From: a virus | Lineage: Duplodnaviria > Heunggongvirae > Uroviricota > Caudoviricetes | Direction: 5' to 3' (one strand) | Length of the DNA stretch: 25,633 nt | Virus record (IMG/VR): IMGVR_UViG_2778261217_000004 | Location: 1-25,633 of that record | Part shown: positions 1 through 8,744 of the stretch, piece after piece | Position numbering within the stretch: the stretch's first letter is position 1 | Layout of the letters: each line of letters begins with the position of its first letter | Made by a program: the position numbers and the translations under genes | The notes under the pieces: model-generated | The model's input: only the letters and a program-made list of their open reading frames with translations | Databases searched by the model: none | What the model was told of the DNA's origin: nothing

Positions 1-1143
1 CTATGCTGTTTTGATATCTACGATAATCCAGTCTTTACCACGATCATCATTGTATCGGTCGGTCATTTTTCTGGATTTATGGCCTAACAACTTTTGCGTA
101 TCCAGACCCTGTTCCCGATATAACCGTTCTGAGAGAGATCGCTGCTCATGAAATGTGGGCGCAGTTCCTTGCTCCCATTTTATGCCACATTTTTCCCGGG
201 CCTTTTTAAAAGCCGTTGTCAGAGTATTTGCAGAAACCTGGTCTCCTCTGTTTGCTTGAGAGGTAGTGTGACGGTAATGGACCAGATATTTACTAACAAC
301 AGCATCCCTGCACTGAGATATAACTTCACGAAGGGTAATATTCAGAGCATCGCATTTCAGGTTAAGCGGAATAGCAAGTCTTGAACCGGTTTTTTCCTGA
401 GTAATGTGCAACATGTCGTCCCATATATCAGAGAATTTCAAATTGCAGATATCGCCTAAACGTTGTCCAGTAACAAGAGCAAGTAGCATCCCGCATTTTA
501 AATAGGGCTGCCGTCTGCTTACGCTGTCAAATATTGCCTGCCATTCGGGCAGTGATAATCTTTGGCGGTTTACTCGATTTCGCGGTTGTTTTGTTGCCTG
601 CGCTGGGTTAAATCCTGGCGGAACATGTCCTGCGTGTTGTGCTTCTTTGAAGACGTCGATCAACACCATTCTCACGACTTGCGCCATCCTGTTATGACCT
701 TCAGCCTTTACAGCATCAATTATTTCGGCAATATCAAGTGCGGTAATATCCTTGAGGTGTTGCATTCCACAATGCTCACGGAAAAGACGAATGGGTTTGC
801 CTTTTTGCCGATAGGAGTTGGGTCTTAGTTCATTATGTTGCAGCCTGTCCTCCTGGATAGAAATATATTTATCAAGCCATTCTGTCACCGTAATGTCTGA
901 GCGCCTGCCTTTCATTCTTTCCAGACGCTCATTGACGCTTAATATTTGTCTGGTACGTTGTTCAGCAATAATGGTATTTGCTTCAGTAGCAACTTGTTTT
1001 GCTTCATTCTCATCAGTTCCTAAGCTATGAAAACGACCGGATAGTGGATGTTTGTATTGCCAATATACCTTTCCGGTTCGCTTATCTAATTTGCAATATA
1101 AATTGGGTATAGAGATTTTGTGAGATCGGGGTCTAGCAGCCAT
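1..1143 (-). CDS. int: Phage integrase, tyrosine recombinase (lambda Int family)
   Basis: 380-aa ORF alignable along its length to lambda Int; C-terminal catalytic block PTFHEQRSLSERLY...LLGHKS...RY; ATG at 1141-1143 overlaps xis stop; stop codon at 1-3. Confidence 0.93.
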   Translation of the reverse strand: MAARPRSHKISIPNLYCKLDKRTGKVYWQYKHPLSGRFHSLGTDENEAKQVATEANTIIAEQRTRQILSVNERLERMKGRRSDITVTEWLDKYISIQEDRLQHNELRPNSYRQKGKPIRLFREHCGMQHLKDITALDIAEIIDAVKAEGHNRMAQVVRMVLIDVFKEAQHAGHVPPGFNPAQATKQPRNRVNRQRLSLPEWQAIFDSVSRRQPYLKCGMLLALVTGQRLGDICNLKFSDIWDDMLHITQEKTGSRLAIPLNLKCDALNITLREVISQCRDAVVSKYLVHYRHTTSQANRGDQVSANTLTTAFKKAREKCGIKWEQGTAPTFHEQRSLSERLYREQGLDTQKLLGHKSRKMTDRYNDDRGKDWIIVDIKTA

Positions 1144-1369
1144 CAGCGATTATCCGTTGGAGTTTTGGGTTTGCGTTTATTGGGAGTTGCGGTTCTGCAA
1201 GCGTTCCTACAAAACGGGAATTTCGGTCAATCATCCAGTAGCGACCAACTTTTATAGCGGGTGGGGCCATCATTTTCCCTTGCGCGTATTTTTTCAGAAC
1301 TCGCTCACTTGGTGCTAAGTCCCCAAATTCTTCTTTAGCCCAGTCCTGTAAAGTGATTAGTCGAGACAT
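1133..1369 (-). CDS. xis: Excisionase
   Basis: 78-aa ORF directly upstream of and overlapping int; LTLQDWA... resembles lambda Xis N-terminus; GGAGGA RBS upstream. Confidence 0.8.
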   Translation of the reverse strand: MSRLITLQDWAKEEFGDLAPSERVLKKYAQGKMMAPPAIKVGRYWMIDRNSRFVGTLAEPQLPINANPKLQRIIADGC

Positions 1370-1508
1370 TTGTCCTCCTCTTAGCTGCTGAGGGAGTTTG
1401 TGACCGATATATCTGACATGATATTAAGCTCATGGCAGGTACATCTCTTGACTGGTCATAGAGATAAATTTAATGCTGAGAAATGCAGTATTGAATTTAT
1501 CAATTTTT

Positions 1509-1748
1509 CTATTTCCTGCGTATGGCACGTAACTTCTTAATGTGTTCTGCCGTTTCGATCTCTTCTGCTATCCGATCTGCATCAGCTTTATTCACAGGTT
1601 CAAAGTCATGATTAAAGCGGAACATGCTGGCGATACATGTTCTGCCTTTTCGGATGTAGTGAACTTTGTTGTGGGTAGAACGCAGGATTTTGCAGGGAGT
1701 GCCGTGGTGGTCGACGTACCAGGTGTTAGGAAAAATGATTCTGAACAT
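1509..1748 (-). CDS. Hypothetical phage accessory protein (79 aa)
   Basis: ORF in the xis-proximal accessory region, same orientation as the pL operon; no family recognised. Confidence 0.45.
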   Translation of the reverse strand: MFRIIFPNTWYVDHHGTPCKILRSTHNKVHYIRKGRTCIASMFRFNHDFEPVNKADADRIAEEIETAEHIKKLRAIRRK

Positions 1749-1795
1749 TTTTACACCTCAGTTGGACGATGTTGAAATTTGCTGCTTTGAGGCCA

Positions 1796-2014
1796 TCACA
1801 ATCCCCATTGTTTGTTCTTAAGTTCGATCTCCTCCTGGCAACTTGCACAAGTCCGACAACCCTGAACGACCAGGCGTCTTCGCTCATCTATCGGATCGCC
1901 ACACTCACAACAATGAGTGGCAGATACAGTCTGGTAGTTCAGACGACGCATTTTTATTGCTATATTGCGCTGTAATTCTTCGATTTCTGATGCTGAATCA
2001 ATGATGTCTGCCAT
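1796..2014 (-). CDS. TraR/DksA-family C4 zinc-finger protein
   Basis: 72-aa ORF with CxxC-17-CxxC (CCECGDPIDERRRLVVQGCRTCASC), typical of phage TraR-like proteins. Confidence 0.7.
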   Translation of the reverse strand: MADIIDSASEIEELQRNIAIKMRRLNYQTVSATHCCECGDPIDERRRLVVQGCRTCASCQEEIELKNKQWGL

Positions 2015-2064
2015 CTTCCATTAATCCCTGAATTGTTGGTTAATACGCTTGAGGGTGAATGCGA

Positions 2065-2090
2065 ATAATAAAAAAGGAGCCTGTAGCTCC
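2065..2090 (-). terminator. Intrinsic terminator between DGQHR gene and TraR-like gene (tL-like)
   Basis: Minus-strand hairpin GGAGCTACAGGCTCC followed by TTTTTTATTATTC. Confidence 0.55.
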
Positions 2091-2167
2091 CTGATGATTT
2101 TGCTTTTCATGTTCACCGTTCCTTAAAGACGCCGTACAGCATGCTGATATGAGACAATGTTGATTCA

Positions 2168-3232
2168 TTAAGTTGATTCCAGACTTCCTTTGGTAAATGC
2201 TTGTATCAGTCTGTTTGCTGCTGCTTTCTGCGCTGCCACATTGGCAATAACAGATAGTTTTTCCTGGCTGGCTTTCGTGCAGATCCCCGCCCAGTTATCC
2301 ATCAGAAAAAAATCCTCTCTTTCTGCAGAGCTGGTAGTTGCACATAGTTTTTCGATCATAGAAGTTATTTCTGCGATGGAATGATTAACCATCATCTGTT
2401 GAACCGCAAAACCGAAAGCGTTAATCATTACTCCATGGAACTGAATATAATCGCGCTTGTACGTAGCGTGGTGTACACCATGTCGGATTGAGTCAATCTG
2501 AGTTAGTGTAATCCATGCCTCCCAGACAGATTCTATATATCCCATTTCAAGTTGTTGATTGCCGTTCCTGGCGAACTTTGACGTTGCATCAGTGAGTGCC
2601 TTGAAACTCACCCACATATTACTTTTTAATGGCACTACGTTGTGTTCAAAATCGGTTATATCGGCAAATACAGTATGTTGGGTCAGGAAGGATATCATTC
2701 CCTGAGCAATATCATCCCGGCCGTTATACGCCATATTGATGGTCGCTGATGGCTTAGAAACGTTGTTATTTATGTCCGAAAAGAACTGCTGCCGGGTTTT
2801 TAGCGGCAGATTCATTGTAAGCATCATGGGAACCATGAGCGTTGATGGGGAACTTCGGCAAAATATCTCAATGCCAGCTGCACGATGTTGACCATCAAAA
2901 AGTTTTATTTCGGCGTCGAGGGGAATTCTGGCTATACCAACATTTGTGTTGCCAAACGGTACAAATTCTATATTCGAATCACAGTTACCTACGAGAGGGG
3001 GAATGATAAAAGGCTCATTTCTTGAGTCTGCGTTAGTGAGATAATTTAAAAATTTTCGTACTCGATTTGGATTAATTTCTCGCTGAGAGCGTTCCAGTGT
3101 ATGGCCGTAATTATCTGAAGCGAGGAAACGAGCCAGCGATCTTCCTGGTATGGTAAGGAAGAGTGTAACAGTACCACCCTGTACACCTTGCGATGCCGGA
3201 AATTCGAATGAATGATTACCAACCTGACTCAT
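2168..3232 (-). CDS. DGQHR-domain protein (DndB-like, ParB/Srx-fold)
   Basis: 354-aa ORF with the signature KLFDGQHRAAG; strong RBS AGGAGGATATAT before the ATG; lies downstream of exo in the leftward early operon. Confidence 0.8.
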   Translation of the reverse strand: MSQVGNHSFEFPASQGVQGGTVTLFLTIPGRSLARFLASDNYGHTLERSQREINPNRVRKFLNYLTNADSRNEPFIIPPLVGNCDSNIEFVPFGNTNVGIARIPLDAEIKLFDGQHRAAGIEIFCRSSPSTLMVPMMLTMNLPLKTRQQFFSDINNNVSKPSATINMAYNGRDDIAQGMISFLTQHTVFADITDFEHNVVPLKSNMWVSFKALTDATSKFARNGNQQLEMGYIESVWEAWITLTQIDSIRHGVHHATYKRDYIQFHGVMINAFGFAVQQMMVNHSIAEITSMIEKLCATTSSAEREDFFLMDNWAGICTKASQEKLSVIANVAAQKAAANRLIQAFTKGSLEST

Positions 3233-3383
3233 ATATCCTCCTGTTTATTATTTATCTTCTCAGCCAGCCGCTGTGCTTTCAGTGGATTTCTGATAACAGA
3301 AAGGCCGGGAAATACCCAGCCTCGCTTTGTAATGGAGTAGACGAAAGTGATCGCGCCTACCCGGATATTATCGTGAGGATGCG

Positions 3384-4064
3384 TCATCGCCATTGCTCCC
3401 CAAATACAAAACCAATTTCAGCCAGTGCCTCGTCCATTTTTTCGATGAACTCCGGCACCATCTCGTCAAAACTCGCCATGTACTTTTCATTCCGCTCAAT
3501 CACGACATAATGCAGGCCTTCACGCTTCATGCGCGGGTCATAGTTGGCAAAGTACCAGGCATCTTTTCGCGTCACCCACATGCTGTACTGCACCTGGGCC
3601 ATGTAAGCCGATTTTATTGCCTCGAAACCACCGAGCCGGAATTTCATGAAATCCCGGGAGGTAAACGGGCATTTCAGTTCAAGGCCGTTGCCGTCACTGC
3701 ATAAACCATCGGGAGAGCAGGCGGTGCGCATACTTTCGTCGCGATAGATGATCGGGGATTCAGTAATATTCACGCCGGAAGTGAATTCAAACAGGGTTCT
3801 GGCGTCGTTCTCGTACTGTTTTCCCCAGGCCAGCGCCTTAGCATTAACTTCCGGAGCCACACCGGTGCAAACCTCAGCCAGCAGGGTGTGGAAGTAGGAC
3901 ATTTTCATGTCAGGCCACTTCTTTCCTGAGCGGGGCTTTGCTATCACGTTGTGAACTTCTGAAGCGGTGATGACGCCGAGCCGTAATTTGTGCCATGCAT
4001 CATCCCCCTGTTCGACAGCTCTCACGTCGATCCCGGTACGCTGCAGGATAATGTCCGGTATCAT
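3384..4064 (-). CDS. exo: Lambda exonuclease (Red-alpha)
   Basis: 226 aa, near-identical to lambda Exo ([54 protein letters not shown]...); ATGA overlap with bet stop. Confidence 0.97.
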   Translation of the reverse strand: MIPDIILQRTGIDVRAVEQGDDAWHKLRLGVITASEVHNVIAKPRSGKKWPDMKMSYFHTLLAEVCTGVAPEVNAKALAWGKQYENDARTLFEFTSGVNITESPIIYRDESMRTACSPDGLCSDGNGLELKCPFTSRDFMKFRLGGFEAIKSAYMAQVQYSMWVTRKDAWYFANYDPRMKREGLHYVVIERNEKYMASFDEMVPEFIEKMDEALAEIGFVFGEQWR

Positions 4065-4846
4065 GCTGCCACCTTCTGCTCAGTGGCTTTCTGTTTCAGG
4101 AATCCAAGAGCTTTCACTGCTTCGGCCTGTGTCAGTTCTGACGATGCGCGAATGTCGCGGCGAAATATCTGGGAACAGAGCGGCAATAAGTCGTCATCCC
4201 ATGTTTTATCCAGGGCGATCAGCAGAGTGTTAATCTCCTGCATGGTTTCATCGTTAACCGGAGTGATGTCGCGTTCTGGCTGACGTTCTGCAGTGTATGC
4301 AGTATTTTCGACAATGCGCTCGGCTTCATCCTTGTCATAGATACCAGCAAATCCGAAGGCCAGACGGGCACACTGAATCATGGCTTTATGCCGTAACATC
4401 CGTTTGGGATGCGACTGCCACGGCCCCGTGATTTCTCTGCCTTCGCGGGTTTTGAATGGTTCGCGGCGGCATTCATCCATCCATTCGGTAACGCAGATCG
4501 GATGATTACGGTCCTTGCGGTAAATCCGGCATGTACAGGATTCATTGTCCTGCTCAAAGTCCATGCCATCAAACTGCTGGTTTTCATTGATGATGCGGGA
4601 CCAGCCATCAACGCCCACCACCGGAACAATGCCGTTCTGCTTATCAGGGAAGGCGTAAATTTCTTTCGTCCACGGATTAAGGCCGTACTGGTTGGCGACG
4701 ATCAACAATGCGATGAACTGCGCATCGCTGGCATCACCTTTAAATGCCGTCTGGCGAAGAGTGGTGATCAGTTCCTGTGGGTCGACAGAATCCATGCCGA
4801 CACGTTCAGCCAGCTTCCCTGCCAGCGTTGCGAGTGCTGTACTCAT
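4061..4846 (-). CDS. bet: Recombinase Bet (Red-beta, ssDNA annealing protein)
   Basis: 261 aa, near-identical to lambda Bet; GAGGT RBS. Confidence 0.97.
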   Translation of the reverse strand: MSTALATLAGKLAERVGMDSVDPQELITTLRQTAFKGDASDAQFIALLIVANQYGLNPWTKEIYAFPDKQNGIVPVVGVDGWSRIINENQQFDGMDFEQDNESCTCRIYRKDRNHPICVTEWMDECRREPFKTREGREITGPWQSHPKRMLRHKAMIQCARLAFGFAGIYDKDEAERIVENTAYTAERQPERDITPVNDETMQEINTLLIALDKTWDDDLLPLCSQIFRRDIRASSELTQAEAVKALGFLKQKATEQKVAA

Positions 4847-4851
4847 CCGTT

Positions 4852-5148
4852 TTATACCTCTGAATCAATATCAACCTGGTGGTGAGCAATGGTTTCAACC
4901 ATGTACCGGATGTGTTCTGCCATGCGCTCCTGAAACTCAACATCGTCATCAAACGCACGGGTAATGGCTTTTTTGCTGGCCCCGCAGCGTTGCAAATGAT
5001 CGATGCAGAGTGATTCAAACAGGTGCTGTGGAAGACCTTTTTCCATGTCGTCTGCCAGTTCTGACTCTTTCTCTTCACGGGCGATCTGCTGGTAGTGACG
5101 TGCCCAGCTCAGACCCTCAAGACGATCCTGAATGTAATAAGCGTTCAT
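4852..5148 (-). CDS. gam: Gam, RecBCD inhibitor (98-aa short form)
   Basis: [11 protein letters not shown]...[10 protein letters not shown] matches lambda GamS; AGGAG RBS 7 nt upstream. Confidence 0.93.
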   Translation of the reverse strand: MNAYYIQDRLEGLSWARHYQQIAREEKESELADDMEKGLPQHLFESLCIDHLQRCGASKKAITRAFDDDVEFQERMAEHIRYMVETIAHHQVDIDSEV

Positions 5149-5223
5149 GGCTGAACTCCTGAAAATGGCTGTGAAAATATCGCCCGCGAAATGCCAGGCT
5201 GATTAGGAAAACAGGAAAGGGGA

Positions 5224-5634
5224 TTAGTGATTCAGGCCATTACCGCGTCCGTCGAAAAAAACTTCCACGAGCAAATCACGGGTATAAGTGCGCTCGATGC
5301 CGCGATGCAGATATAGCCGTCCGCGTAAATTAGCTGATGCAGTCCAGGTACCATCTTTGTGTTTGACCAGCATTCCTGGCATGACCGCACCTCGATTAAC
5401 GGTCTGCGTTCCGTAATGTTGATGAACCATAAAAACTCCTGCCCGTAAGCTGGGCTGCTGAACATATAGAGACTTCTGCGCGTATTCAGGCGGTGGATGG
5501 CCGCCGGTTGTCATAACTAAGCCGCCTCGTTGAAGCGACTGAGGTATGAGGTGTTGAGTTGATTTCAGCTGGTCACACCGACGTTCACGCGTCCGTTTCA
5601 CCCCTCGCACTCCCCGGAGCCTGCCGAAATTCAA
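5224..5634 (-). CDS. Hypothetical protein, first ORF downstream of candidate pL; start uncertain (TTG at 5634, internal ATG with AGGAG RBS at 5430)
   Basis: 136-codon open frame; N-terminal arginine-rich stretch [15 protein letters not shown]; internal start MVHQHYG preceded by AGGAG. Confidence 0.4.
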   Translation of the reverse strand: MNFGRLRGVRGVKRTRERRCDQLKSTQHLIPQSLQRGGLVMTTGGHPPPEYAQKSLYVQQPSLRAGVFMVHQHYGTQTVNRGAVMPGMLVKHKDGTWTASANLRGRLYLHRGIERTYTRDLLVEVFFDGRGNGLNH

Positions 5635-5699
5635 GCTGCGGATCTAAGCGGTCATCGCAACGGTGAATCAGGTGGTTGCCGTATCGTTGTGTTGTTGCG

Positions 5700-5790
5700 A
5701 CATGGTGATAATAGCTATTGCTATTGGTGGTATCAATACTTATTGCTATTGATTGATGTGTTTTGATATTAACTGTTTGATAGCAAAAAG
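5700..5790 (-). promoter_or_regulatory. Candidate OL/pL: leftward sigma70 promoter with operator repeats
   Basis: Minus strand TTGATA (5731-5736) - 17 nt - TATTAT (5708-5713); ATAGCAAT/ATTGCTAT motif repeated, same motif as in the cI-cro intergenic region. Confidence 0.5.
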
Positions 5791-5874
5791 AATTAATTTT
5801 GTGACTTGCATCGCATAGCGATAACTGAAGGGAGGTTGTGGTGGTTTTTCGAACGGTTTGTGTGATGAGGGGAG

Positions 5875-5906
5875 GGGACAAAAGAAAACCCGGCACGGTG
5901 GCCGGG
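5875..5906 (-). terminator. Intrinsic terminator ending the cI / ImmA-like / PIN-like transcription unit
   Basis: Minus-strand hairpin CCCGGCCACCGTGCCGGG followed by TTTTCTTTTG, 6 nt after the stop of the 5912-6424 gene. Confidence 0.65.
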
Positions 5907-5911
5907 ACGTT

Positions 5912-6424
5912 TTATTTCAAAGAAAAATTATGACTAGCGTATCTTGGAAGAAATTCATATAGTGTTAATGTCTTAACGCCGTGAGAAGCAGCAGCATCCG
6001 GGATCATTATTCTTTTTTTAGGTTTGCCACCGGATGGTTTCTCATGGGTAATAATAGTATATCCATGTGTCATCGCATGGGCTATTAAAAAAGCATCTGC
6101 TTTTTCATGGCTTGCAAAATCAAACTTTGCCTTTTCGGTAACATCTAATTTAGTTGACCAATTTATTAACTTTGCATAATTTTCTATTGAACTATGCTCA
6201 TCTTCGAAGAATGATGATGGTAACTCTTCTTTAATCCATTTACACAATGGATCATCTTTTGCACATAGTTCTTTTTTTACAGCATTAATGCTATAAATCA
6301 GACCATTCATGTGTAAAGCGAGAAGAAAATCCCAAAATATTTTGCAATAATTGAAGTTATATGCAAAGTTTTTTGCCTCTATGAAGACATTACTATCAAT
6401 TAAGAATTTTCCATTATGAATCAT
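5912..6424 (-). CDS. PIN-like (DUF4411-type) predicted nuclease
   Basis: 170 aa; N-terminal FLIDSNVFIEA resembles the first strand and Asp of PIN domains; ATGA start-stop overlap with upstream metallopeptidase gene. Confidence 0.7.
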   Translation of the reverse strand: MIHNGKFLIDSNVFIEAKNFAYNFNYCKIFWDFLLALHMNGLIYSINAVKKELCAKDDPLCKWIKEELPSSFFEDEHSSIENYAKLINWSTKLDVTEKAKFDFASHEKADAFLIAHAMTHGYTIITHEKPSGGKPKKRIMIPDAAASHGVKTLTLYEFLPRYASHNFSLK

Positions 6425-7560
6425 AGAGATTCTCGTTTTTTATAAAATTCAACAACTGTATCTGCTTTTACATTTAGCAGTACGCCTGCTTCCCTTAATG
6501 GTAATTGTTGAGACATTGCTTTGGAAATTATTATATTCGTAAGTTTTGGACTGTTACGAACAGGTAATGTGTTAAAGAAAGAACCACCATTAGATTCTTT
6601 TTTGGGCTTATTGTAAGCTTGATCTTTAATTATCTCCAAAGTGTTTCTTTCTATCAAATCTAATTGTAACGCTTTGATTGCACAAGCGAAATCACTAACC
6701 TTAAATAACTTAGAAACCTCTTTTACCCGATAATAATTATTATCGCTGGATGCATTAAGCCAGAAAGATTTGAAGAGATTATCAGGCATTAAGATTTCAG
6801 CAGCAACTTTATTACAAAAAGATTCTATGTTTTTTTCTGTGTCCCACCCAGAGACTCCATCGACTCCAAGCCAAAGATGAGCCACCTCATGAAATAATGT
6901 AAATACCTGCGCAGATAACGCGTCCGAGCTATTTACAAAAATGATCGGAGCAACGCTATCAGATATACAGAAACCACGAAACTCTCGCGTGTCAAGTTTT
7001 CTTTTATTATTATTACCCACAACACCATTCTTGAAAACTAATACGCCAGTGTCTTCTATTAGTTTTGCCACTTTAGAAAAATAGCTCTCAAAAGTGACAT
7101 TTTTTATCTCTTTTTGTATATCAAAATGTATTGTGTTTGCTATGTCTGTAGCAACAACCTTATAATTTAATTTTCTATTAAATTTAAATTTACCAATAAA
7201 ATCGAGTGGATCATCATTACCATTTTCTCTTAAATAGTCTTTGTACCACTCAAGTTTATATTCTATATCATAGTAAACATCAAAAAAATCTTTTCCTAAC
7301 TCACGGCTATTTATAGCTTGCCTTAAGTCAGGGATCTTGGGTTTGGCTGGAGTTGGTGGCGTTTCAAGAAATAAAAAACCGAAAGGGATTCCTCCAATTT
7401 TTGCCAGTTTTTCTGCTGCGGATTTACTTACCACTCCGTTAAGAAATTTATTAATCTTTTTGGGCATGACTTGGTCAGCAAGAGTTTCGATAGAAACTCC
7501 TTGAGAATTTGCTATCCAATCAATCATCTTCCTAGACAATTGAAATTCAACCGCTGCCAT
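6421..7560 (-). CDS. HTH-containing ImmA/IrrE-family zinc metallopeptidase (COG2856/DUF955-like)
   Basis: 379 aa; N-terminal HTH-like segment; HExxH motif HEVAHLWLG; AGGTGA RBS. Confidence 0.75.
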   Translation of the reverse strand: MAAVEFQLSRKMIDWIANSQGVSIETLADQVMPKKINKFLNGVVSKSAAEKLAKIGGIPFGFLFLETPPTPAKPKIPDLRQAINSRELGKDFFDVYYDIEYKLEWYKDYLRENGNDDPLDFIGKFKFNRKLNYKVVATDIANTIHFDIQKEIKNVTFESYFSKVAKLIEDTGVLVFKNGVVGNNNKRKLDTREFRGFCISDSVAPIIFVNSSDALSAQVFTLFHEVAHLWLGVDGVSGWDTEKNIESFCNKVAAEILMPDNLFKSFWLNASSDNNYYRVKEVSKLFKVSDFACAIKALQLDLIERNTLEIIKDQAYNKPKKESNGGSFFNTLPVRNSPKLTNIIISKAMSQQLPLREAGVLLNVKADTVVEFYKKRESL

Positions 7561-7689
7561 GTTATCACCTAGTTAAAAAAAACTATTATTCAACAATTAT
7601 TGTTGTGCACCTGATAGCTAACGTCAAGCCTAATTTATTGCCTTACTACAGTAAGCTGAAAAGCGAAGTGCATAATTTTGTTCTGATTT

Positions 7690-8382
7690 CTACCCATGCT
7701 TTCTATATGTCTGCGGCATGCTCCCGATGACTTTCCCGAAGATGAACACGCGGTTCATCTCGTCTTTCTCGATCGGGTCCCACGGTGAGTAGCTCTTGTT
7801 ATCAGAGATAACCAGCAGCTTATCCTTCATCATTTGCAGGCGCTTTACATGGGCGGTGTCGTCATACAGAAACGCATAGATACCATCACCGTCGAAAGAT
7901 TTAACAGTGATATCAACGAACAGAAGATCACCTGGTTCGATCGTTCCTGACATGCTGTCACCGCGTACGTTAATGATGCGGATATTTTCTGCCTTCCTGC
8001 CATCGAACATGTGACGAGCATCGTCAAACGAGTACTCAACCGAGCGTAGAACTTCTACAAACTCACGGTTGATGACTCCCGGCCCGGCACTCACTTCTAT
8101 ATCAAGAACGTCAATCTTGAAGTATTTGGGATGGTTGGCAGTAGGCTTCCCTAATTGTTGACCGTCATTTCTCATCGGGCCTATGCCTGATGAGAGCCAC
8201 TCTGTTCGAACACCCAATGCATTAGCTATTTCAACAATTTTTGTTGAGCCGCGCGCGTTGCCGCTTGTCAGTCTCCAGATTGTGGGTTGAGCTACGCCAG
8301 ACGCCTTTGCAAGAGCGCCTTGAGACATTCCAGATTGTTCCATCGCTAGGTTTAAGCGATCAGCAAGAGTTTCTTTTTTCAT
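7690..8382 (-). CDS. cI: CI-type prophage repressor (HTH plus LexA-like S24 peptidase domain)
   Basis: N-terminal HTH (MSQGALAKASGVAQPTIWRL), C-terminal S24 motifs GDSM and VKRL; start taken as ATG 8380-8382, the open frame extends to TTG at 8418. Confidence 0.9.
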   Translation of the reverse strand: MKKETLADRLNLAMEQSGMSQGALAKASGVAQPTIWRLTSGNARGSTKIVEIANALGVRTEWLSSGIGPMRNDGQQLGKPTANHPKYFKIDVLDIEVSAGPGVINREFVEVLRSVEYSFDDARHMFDGRKAENIRIINVRGDSMSGTIEPGDLLFVDITVKSFDGDGIYAFLYDDTAHVKRLQMMKDKLLVISDNKSYSPWDPIEKDEMNRVFIFGKVIGSMPQTYRKHG

Positions 8383-8492
8383 AAGTTTTAATTTATACGC
8401 TTGCGTATTGATGGTCAAAACACGTTTTGCTATTGTTATGATTAATACGCATTGCTATTATTTATTCATTGCAATACCAATAGGAATTGATA
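8383..8492. promoter_or_regulatory. OR / PRM / PR divergent regulatory region
   Basis: Perfect palindrome ATACGCTTGCGTAT (8395-8408); ATTGCTAT repeats; rightward TTGTTA (8433-8438) - 17 nt - TATTAT (8456-8461). Confidence 0.6.
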
Positions 8493-8720
8493 ATGACAAA
8501 TCAAACCATTCAACTCGCAATCAGTATTACAGGTAGTCAAAAACGACTGGCAGATCTATGCGGTGTAGCCCAACCCACTGTTTGGCGTTGGCTACACGGT
8601 GGCGGAATTGATGCCCGCTATGTAATGAAAATTGTCTCAGCCACTGGTGGAAAGATTAAACCAGCAGATATTCGTCCCGACCTCGCACCATTGTTTAACG
8701 CGAGTAATTCTGCCGCCTAA
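8493..8720 (+). CDS. cro: Cro-like HTH regulator
   Basis: Small ORF divergent from cI; HTH QKRLADLCGVAQPTVWRW; AGGA RBS 7 nt before ATG 8493; track ORF begins at TTG 8487. Confidence 0.8.
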   Translation: MTNQTIQLAISITGSQKRLADLCGVAQPTVWRWLHGGGIDARYVMKIVSATGGKIKPADIRPDLAPLFNASNSAA

Positions 8721-8744
8721 ACTGCGGCGTTAACTGATAAGGCA

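Noticed and set aside
148-1030. Plus-strand ORFs 148-384, 562-828 and 818-1030 inside the integrase gene
   Set aside because: Antisense shadow frames within a well-supported int gene; no RBS and no recognisable protein features.
3193-5078. Overlapping ORFs in alternative frames across exo, bet and gam (3193-3510, 3393-3704, 3967-4283, 4378-4629, 4409-4885, 4692-4964, 4806-5078)
   Set aside because: They overlap near-lambda-identical Red genes; they are by-products of the coding frame and composition.
5232-5896. ORFs 5232-5465 and 5585-5896 on the minus strand
   Set aside because: The first overlaps the 5224-5634 frame out of phase; the second runs through the candidate pL/operator and terminator sequences, so it is more likely regulatory DNA than coding.
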